Assembly: GCA_964350645.1 (NCBI GenBank)
Contig: CAYGJY010000001.1
Location: 142,316-206,315 of the forward strand
Source of the DNA: an uncultured Candidatus Saccharibacteria bacterium
GTDB taxonomy: Bacteria; Patescibacteriota; Minisyncoccia; Phycocordibacterales; UBA918
DNA length: 64,000 nucleotides
Reading direction: 5' to 3'
Below are positions 58,423-64,000 of this stretch, piece by piece. Every line of letters starts with the position of its first letter. The stretch's first letter is position 1. Both the position numbers and the translations under genes were made by a program. Below the pieces are notes generated by a model, which searched no databases, had not been told where the DNA came from, and saw nothing but the letters and a program-made list of their open reading frames with translations.

Positions 58423-58794
58423 ATGAAATTTTCTGGTACGGTTGTGCATGGTGATGGATATGGCAGACAACTTGGTTATCCAACGGCTAATATCGACACA
58501 ATTGATTACCAGAAACAGGAACTAGCTTTGGCACAAGGTATCTACGCAGGTTGGGTGCATATTGAGGGTGGTGAAGTACCACATGTGGCAGCGATTGTAG
58601 TGAGTACTCAAGACGGAGTTGTTAAAATAGAAGCGCATGTCATTGATTTTGAGGGAGATCTCTATGGCCAGACAGTTTCGTTTGAAATATTACAATTTAT
58701 CCGCCCTTATGAGTCATACCAAGATGAGGAAGATCTAAAGAGTGCTATTGCAGAAGATCTTATTAAAGTACGTATGGTCTGCACCCATTTATAA
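58423..58794 (+). CDS. Riboflavin kinase (stand-alone flavokinase domain)
   Basis: GTVVHGDGYGRQLGYPTANI is present, with the GDLYGQ...FIRPY...F flavokinase fold. The product is 123 aa with no FAD-synthetase domain. Confidence 0.7.
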   Translation: MKFSGTVVHGDGYGRQLGYPTANIDTIDYQKQELALAQGIYAGWVHIEGGEVPHVAAIVVSTQDGVVKIEAHVIDFEGDLYGQTVSFEILQFIRPYESYQDEEDLKSAIAEDLIKVRMVCTHL

Positions 58795-58802
58795 TTACTG
58801 TC

Positions 58803-59705
58803 ATGGATATAAAGAAATACAGCTTACTTTTAATTTTTATCGCGGCCATTTTGTGGGCAAGCGACGCGCCTTTTCGGGTTGGTCTAACGGAGTCGCTCTC
58901 AAGCAGTACGATCGTGTTTCTGGAACACATTATTGCGCTCTTGATTGTGACTCCACTGCTACCTTCAGTGTGGCGAGAAGTGCGCATCCTGCAACTAACT
59001 GATTGGCTGGCCATTCTCTTTATCGGTATTGGTGGCTCAGCGGTCGCACTGTTTCTCTTTACAGAAAGTTTTGCCTATATGAATCCATCTGTAGTTATCT
59101 TATTGCAGAAGTTGCAGCCATTGATTGCGATCGGGTTGGCTACTGTGGTGTTGAAAGAAGTGCTTACGCGACATTTCTGGGTATGGACAGGAGTTGCACT
59201 TGCAGCGGCCTACGTGATTTCTTTTCCGACTTTGGTACCACAGCTGTATGTCGGGGAACAGTTTAATCCCAGCCTGATTGGGGCTGCACTCGCACTTGCT
59301 GCTGCCTTCCTCTGGGGGGCTTCGACTGTCTTTGGACGGTATGTTCTCAAGACTGTTGGTTTTAAAACGATGACCTATCTACGCTTTTTGGTGGGTAGTA
59401 TTTTTCTGTTATTACTAACAGTAAAACAAGGTACCCTGGCCGAGATCCCAACGATGACTCGCCATGACTGGTTTTTCATGCTGATCATTGCCTTCACTTC
59501 TGGGGCAGTGGCTTTATATATCTATTACCGTGGTTTAAGTGGCGCATCAGCATCAACAGCGACAATCGCTGAGCTCGGCTTCCCAGTTGGAGCAGTGGTA
59601 GTGAATTATTTCTTTTTAGATGCAACCTTGTCTCTGGTACAAATTTTGGCTGTAGCGGTATTACTGTTTGCAGTCTTGCGGCTTAATCGGATAACGACCA
59701 CCTAA
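58803..59705 (+). CDS. EamA/DMT-family transporter
   Basis: Ten TM helices form two EamA repeats. The gene is sandwiched between the riboflavin genes. Confidence 0.6.
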   Translation: MDIKKYSLLLIFIAAILWASDAPFRVGLTESLSSSTIVFLEHIIALLIVTPLLPSVWREVRILQLTDWLAILFIGIGGSAVALFLFTESFAYMNPSVVILLQKLQPLIAIGLATVVLKEVLTRHFWVWTGVALAAAYVISFPTLVPQLYVGEQFNPSLIGAALALAAAFLWGASTVFGRYVLKTVGFKTMTYLRFLVGSIFLLLLTVKQGTLAEIPTMTRHDWFFMLIIAFTSGAVALYIYYRGLSGASASTATIAELGFPVGAVVVNYFFLDATLSLVQILAVAVLLFAVLRLNRITTT

Positions 59706-59708
59706 GGT

Positions 59709-60302
59709 ATGTTTACCGGGATTATTGAGACAACAGCAAATATTACAAAGCGGACAAACATAGCTGATGTGTTGACCTTAGAAATTTCCAAACCGGTTGA
59801 CTGGGAAGTAAGTATTGGACAGTCGATTGCAGTTAATGGGGCCTGTCTGACTGTTGTGATTTTTGATGAGACAACATTTACTGTCGAACTCATGACTGAG
59901 ACCTTAACAAAGACAACCTTCGCAGATGAAGGGTTGGTTACTGTTAACCTCGAACGAGCAATGCCAGCCAAGGGTCGCTTTGAGGGACATATTGTTCAGG
60001 GGCACGTCGATACAGTCGGTTCAATTAGATCAGTTGATGTAACCGAGCAAAGTTGGCTTATATGGGTGTCGTACGATCCGAGTTTTGATTATTTAGTGGT
60101 TGAAAAGGGTTCGATTACTATCGATGGTATAAGTCTTACCGTCATTGATACGATACCGGGGGGATGCTCAGTGGGCATTATTCCACATACATTACAGATG
60201 ACTGCTCTTTCTACCAAGGAGGTGGATGCTGCAGTTCAGCTAGAGTTTGATATTATTGGTAAATATTTGCATAAAAAATTTGATTATGGCCGACCACAAT
60301 GA
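59709..60302 (+). CDS. ribE: Riboflavin synthase alpha subunit
   Basis: The N-terminus MFTGIIE and duplicated lumazine-binding repeats (SIAVNGACLTV / SITIDGISLTV) are present. Confidence 0.85.
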   Translation: MFTGIIETTANITKRTNIADVLTLEISKPVDWEVSIGQSIAVNGACLTVVIFDETTFTVELMTETLTKTTFADEGLVTVNLERAMPAKGRFEGHIVQGHVDTVGSIRSVDVTEQSWLIWVSYDPSFDYLVVEKGSITIDGISLTVIDTIPGGCSVGIIPHTLQMTALSTKEVDAAVQLEFDIIGKYLHKKFDYGRPQ

Positions 60303-60756
60303 TGCTGCTTTCTTAGAACCATTTGACGCCAGCTCCTACCGAGTAGGAATTGCTGTTGGGTTGTTCAATGGTCATATTACAAAGCCGATGGAAGAATTGG
60401 CTATTAAGACGTTGACTGAAGTGTACCAAATCCCTCGCGATCAGATCACGGTGATCGAGGTAGCTGGCGCCGCGGATATGCCGGTGGCGCTTGAAGCCTT
60501 GGCTCGTCGTGACGACATTGATTGTCTTATGAGTATCGCTTGTATCATCCGCGGCGCCACTGCTCATTTCGATTTTGTCGCTAAGATTGTGACTGAAGCC
60601 GTTAAGGATGTGCAACTTTCGCACTGTAAACCAGTTTCATTTGGTGTACTTACGACTGATACTGAGGGTCAGGCAACGAGTCGAATTGAACATGCTGCTG
60701 GCTATGCTGCCGCTTCTGTTCATGCGTGTAAGCAGATTAATCAACTAGATTCATAA
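60286..60756 (+). CDS. ribH: 6,7-dimethyl-8-ribityllumazine synthase
   Basis: RVGIAVGLFNGHITK and AGAADMPVALE...ACIIRGATAHFDFV are present. The start overlaps the ribE 3' end. Confidence 0.85.
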   Translation: MADHNDAAFLEPFDASSYRVGIAVGLFNGHITKPMEELAIKTLTEVYQIPRDQITVIEVAGAADMPVALEALARRDDIDCLMSIACIIRGATAHFDFVAKIVTEAVKDVQLSHCKPVSFGVLTTDTEGQATSRIEHAAGYAAASVHACKQINQLDS

Positions 60757-60758
60757 TT

Positions 60759-61961
60759 ATGTCTACCGTTCAAGCACTTACTTTTGATAAAGATACTGAT
60801 GGTTGGGAAGCCAGTACTGGTTTTGTAAAGCGTGAAGTCCCTATGCCGGTACTTGATGAAGACACACATCCAGATGATGCGATTTCGGTAATTCTGAAAA
60901 TTCAGTATGCGGGTGTCTGTGGTACGGATCGTGGCCTTTGGTGTCGGTGTACCTTTAAGGACCTGGTACATGATTCACTCGAGCGTGAAGGGAAGTCGAT
61001 GCGGATTATGGGGCATGAGTTCGTCGGTGAAGTAGTAGAAGTTGGTTCAATGGTAAAGCGGATCTATGAAGATGCAGACCCATTGAATAAAGCTAAGGTA
61101 GAAGTAGGAGGTCTAGTGTCAGGTGATTCACACGTGACCTGTGGACGCTGTTTTCAGTGTCGTGTCGGCGAAGCTAACGTTTGTATGAATGAGTCAATTC
61201 TCGGTATTTCGATTGACGGGATTTTTGCTGAGTACGTTAAAGTACCGGCTAAAAATCTCTGGCCAATTGATCTCGATCGGATTCGTCCAGAGATTGCTTC
61301 GATTATGGATCCATTTGGTAACGCTGTACATACTGCCACTAAGGTAGATTTTCGTGGACAGCGAGTCGCTGTGTTCGGTTGCGGACCGATTGGTTTGTTT
61401 ACTATTTTGCTCGCACAAAACTTCGGCGCTGCCAAAATCATCGCTGTCGATACTAATGAAGACAACCTCAAGATGGCGAAAGACCTTGGGGCACACGAAA
61501 CAATTTTGATTGATACAAAAAAAGAACGAACCAACAATTATCACGCTGACGCTGAAGTGATTGATCGAATTATGGAACTCACCTACGGCAAAGGAGTTGA
61601 TGTCTCACTTGAAATGGCTGGACCATTTTCGTCAGTTAATAACGCTATAGATGCGACCCGTCGTGGTGGGGAGGTAGTTTTCTTTGGTCTTAAAGATGGT
61701 GATCTTACAATCCCTAAGTTTAACCGTGTTATCGCCCGTGGGCTCACGTTCCACAATGTCATCGGTAGAGAAATTTTCCGGACTTGGCAGGTTGCTCAGC
61801 GTATCCTGTCAAACAAAGATAATGGTATTCAAGATGCTATCTGGAATGTCATTCTCAAAGGTGGAAAGGGGACGTTGCTACCGTTTTCAACGTTCACTCC
61901 TGAAGCATTTGAAAAAGCTATGGCTGAACACCCAAAAGTAATCTTTGATATGCAAAATTAG
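60759..61961 (+). CDS. tdh: Zinc-dependent MDR dehydrogenase, probably L-threonine 3-dehydrogenase
   Basis: GHEFVGEVVEVG, the structural-zinc motif CGRCFQCRVGEANVC and the Rossmann motif VFGCGPIGL are present. The gene is immediately followed by kbl. Confidence 0.7.
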   Translation: MSTVQALTFDKDTDGWEASTGFVKREVPMPVLDEDTHPDDAISVILKIQYAGVCGTDRGLWCRCTFKDLVHDSLEREGKSMRIMGHEFVGEVVEVGSMVKRIYEDADPLNKAKVEVGGLVSGDSHVTCGRCFQCRVGEANVCMNESILGISIDGIFAEYVKVPAKNLWPIDLDRIRPEIASIMDPFGNAVHTATKVDFRGQRVAVFGCGPIGLFTILLAQNFGAAKIIAVDTNEDNLKMAKDLGAHETILIDTKKERTNNYHADAEVIDRIMELTYGKGVDVSLEMAGPFSSVNNAIDATRRGGEVVFFGLKDGDLTIPKFNRVIARGLTFHNVIGREIFRTWQVAQRILSNKDNGIQDAIWNVILKGGKGTLLPFSTFTPEAFEKAMAEHPKVIFDMQN

Positions 61962-61981
61962 CAGTAGACATAACGTAATGT

Positions 61982-63166
61982 ATGAATCAGAAATTTACCG
62001 ACCATCTCACCAAAGAAATTGAAGCTATCAAAGACGCCGGTGTCTACAAGAGCGAGCATGTTATGGAGTCACCACAAGGACGAACCGTGACAGTAGGAGG
62101 CAAAGAATATATAAACTTCTGCGCCAACAACTACCTGGGTCTTGCAGGTACTAAATTGCTGGAAGAAGCTTCTGAGGCAGTCTTGAAACAGTGGGGCTAT
62201 GGTCTGGCCTCAGTGCGGTTTATCTGCGGCACGCAGACGATTCATAAAGAGCTTGAACAGAAAATGGCAGAATTTGTAGGGACCGAAGACGCTGTGCTGT
62301 ATTCATCATGCTACATGGCCAACATTGGCCTGATGCAAACGTTCTTTACCGACGAAGACGCAATTATTTCTGACGCCCTCAATCACGCTTCGATTATCGA
62401 TGGCGTCCGTCTGACTAAGTCAGAACGTCATATTTACGAACACCTGAACATGGCTGACTTGGAGGAGAAGCTCAAAGCGACGCAGGATAAGCGGTATCGC
62501 CTGATAGCGACTGATGGCGTCTTCTCGATGGATGGGCATATTGCACCACTGAAAGAAATAGTGGCGCTAGCGAAGCAGTATGATGCCTTGGTGTATGTTG
62601 ATGACGCGCACTCGACTGGAGTGATGGGCGAGACTGGTCGAGGCACAGCTGAGGCGTGTGGAGTACTTGGCGAAATTGATTTTATTGTTGGTACGTTCGG
62701 GAAGGCACTCGGTGGTGCTGGGGGCGCTTTCACAGCTACATCTGCTAAAGCTGCCGAGTACTTACGTCAAAAGTCTCGCAGCTACCTTTTTTCTAATAGT
62801 CTCGACACGGTGATTACTGGGATGTCTATTTTTGTGATTGATCATCTGCAAGCACATCCAGAATTACTTGATACCTTATGGAGTAACACTAGGCGTTTTC
62901 GAGAAAAAATGACCGCCGCGGGCTTCACTGTCTCAGACGCACCACATCCGATTACCCCAATTATGATCAACGACGAAGCCAAAACCGCCAAGTTGGCTGC
63001 CAAGCTCTTCGAAGAGGGGATATATGCAGTTGGTTTTACCTATCCAGTGGTACCAAAAGGCACTGCTCGTATCCGGGTACAGATCTCAGCAGCGCACACT
63101 GAAGCTGATATCGATCATGCGGTAGAGGTGTTTACCAAAGTGGGAAAGGAGTTTGGGGTGATTTAA
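61982..63166 (+). CDS. kbl: 2-amino-3-ketobutyrate CoA ligase (glycine C-acetyltransferase), PLP-dependent
   Basis: This is an AONS-family fold with the PLP Lys in TFGKALGGAGGAF. NNYLGLA and SDALNHASIIDG are present. Confidence 0.85.
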   Translation: MNQKFTDHLTKEIEAIKDAGVYKSEHVMESPQGRTVTVGGKEYINFCANNYLGLAGTKLLEEASEAVLKQWGYGLASVRFICGTQTIHKELEQKMAEFVGTEDAVLYSSCYMANIGLMQTFFTDEDAIISDALNHASIIDGVRLTKSERHIYEHLNMADLEEKLKATQDKRYRLIATDGVFSMDGHIAPLKEIVALAKQYDALVYVDDAHSTGVMGETGRGTAEACGVLGEIDFIVGTFGKALGGAGGAFTATSAKAAEYLRQKSRSYLFSNSLDTVITGMSIFVIDHLQAHPELLDTLWSNTRRFREKMTAAGFTVSDAPHPITPIMINDEAKTAKLAAKLFEEGIYAVGFTYPVVPKGTARIRVQISAAHTEADIDHAVEVFTKVGKEFGVI

Positions 63167-63221
63167 TCCTCATTGCTAATATTATTGCCAAAGTTATACA
63201 TGTGGCCGAATGATATTGATT

Positions 63222-63941
63222 TTAAGTATCTTTTTCTAAATGCAGTGGACGACTTAGCTTAAAGGATAAACTAAATGTATCGCGCAGTTCATCTCGGCTG
63301 TATCCAATATCACTTATAGTGCCAGTGTAACCGATTATATAGGCATATTTATGAGGGTACTCTTTTGAGTCCGACGGGGGTACAAGAACATACGCATCGT
63401 CTTCAGAAACTTTATCGGCTGGCTTGGTGTTCTCATAGATTTCTTTTTCCTTAGGATTAGAAAATGTAAAGCCATTTTTCAAAGCCCAAGAAACAATATA
63501 AACATTGCCACTCGTAAGGACAAGTGGCCTCTCTGGAAGGACAGCTTTTTCAATCAATATCTTCATCATATCTATCGCTTTATGTAACAACTCGGTACCA
63601 GATACACCCCGCTCTCTTATAAGAGATTCCCGGTGTACCAGATTGATTTCTTCTTTTCCCCATATAAATTCAAAGGCAGCTTGTTCTACTAGTTCGTCTT
63701 CGCCGTTTTCTTCAAATACAGTAAGTGTTAGATATGGAAATGATGTATGACCGTCACTGAGACTGAGTGCTCTAATTATAAGCTGGACACTTTTCCCTAA
63801 ATGTTCAGTGTAAATTGTTTCGTCGGTTCTTGGATTCCATCCAGCACTCAATAATTCTGATAGATTTAAATTTTCCTGAATAATAATTGGACTAATCGAA
63901 AGCTCTTGTCTTTGAGGTAGTTCGTTATTAAATAAATTCAT
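63222..63941 (-). CDS. Hypothetical protein
   Basis: This is a 240-aa ORF with no recognisable motifs. The start is trimmed to the Met at 63941 so that it does not overlap the tRNA. Confidence 0.35.
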   Translation of the reverse strand: MNLFNNELPQRQELSISPIIIQENLNLSELLSAGWNPRTDETIYTEHLGKSVQLIIRALSLSDGHTSFPYLTLTVFEENGEDELVEQAAFEFIWGKEEINLVHRESLIRERGVSGTELLHKAIDMMKILIEKAVLPERPLVLTSGNVYIVSWALKNGFTFSNPKEKEIYENTKPADKVSEDDAYVLVPPSDSKEYPHKYAYIIGYTGTISDIGYSRDELRDTFSLSFKLSRPLHLEKDT

Positions 63942-63947
63942 ACGTTG

Positions 63948-64000
63948 TGGACCCGCGGGGAATCGAACCCCGAACTCATCCATGCCATGGATGTGTGTTA
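63948..64000 (-). tRNA. tRNA-Ala (GGC), 3' portion only (5' half lies beyond the window end)
   Basis: The reverse complement reads ...CATCC-ATGGCAT-GGATG-AGTT-CGGGG-TTCGATT-CCCCG-CGGGTCC-A. It has an anticodon stem-loop with GGC, a canonical T-arm, U70 for a G3:U70 pair, and discriminator A. CCA is not encoded. Confidence 0.6.

Overview
The window looks like a compact, gene-dense bacterial chromosome segment of roughly 45% GC, coding on both strands, with small intergenic spacers that often end in GC-rich stem-loops. I read the organism as a reduced-genome, CPR/Patescibacteria-like bacterium (inference). The evidence is a sigma-70 with a lysine-rich, histone-tail-like N-terminus, a short RpoB, a Cys-free L33, and a sparse set of metabolic genes. 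The housekeeping backbone runs as follows. It starts with the trmD C-terminus, folD, rpoB-rpoC, lepB, dnaG and rpoD. It continues with a UvrD-type helicase-nuclease, a DsbA-like gene, uppP, a DEDD exonuclease and hisS. After the accessory region it resumes with prmC, an ABC exporter, class I aldolase, rpmG and an alpha-glucan gene set (a GT5-like synthase, GH57 and GH15). It then carries truB, a CorC/CNNM gene, an HD hydrolase, an AlkD-like glycosylase beside an MGMT-like alkyltransferase, a SGNH hydrolase, a lipoamide-dehydrogenase-like oxidoreductase, an M24 peptidase, pyrF-pyrE, prs, ribF-kinase/ribE/ribH, tdh-kbl and a partial tRNA-Ala. The main discovery candidate sits at about 23.7-30.8 kb on the minus strand as a co-directional operon. 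It encodes an ATP-grasp enzyme, a SAM methyltransferase, a membrane protein with a Cys/Gly/Ser-rich segment (CAGGCSGCTGSCSGGGDGG), a secreted beta-propeller, a YcaO cyclodehydratase with a proline-rich C-terminus, and a translationally coupled SagB-type FMN dehydrogenase. This is the enzymatic core of a thiazole/oxazole-modified peptide (TOMM/RiPP-like) pathway with no obvious stand-alone precursor gene. Immediately upstream, at 21.4-23.65 kb, lies an accessory patch. It contains a small lipoprotein-like ORF followed by a GC-rich, highly structured RNA element ending in an intrinsic terminator. It also contains a sulfotransferase and a roughly 68% GC lipoprotein gene that looks horizontally acquired from a high-GC (actinobacterial-type) donor. 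Other notable items are a large Cys-rich repetitive surface protein, degenerate zinc ligands in the DnaG zinc ribbon, a Cys-to-Tyr alkyltransferase-like protein and two unusually long perfect palindromes. No CRISPR array, rRNA or clear transposase was seen.
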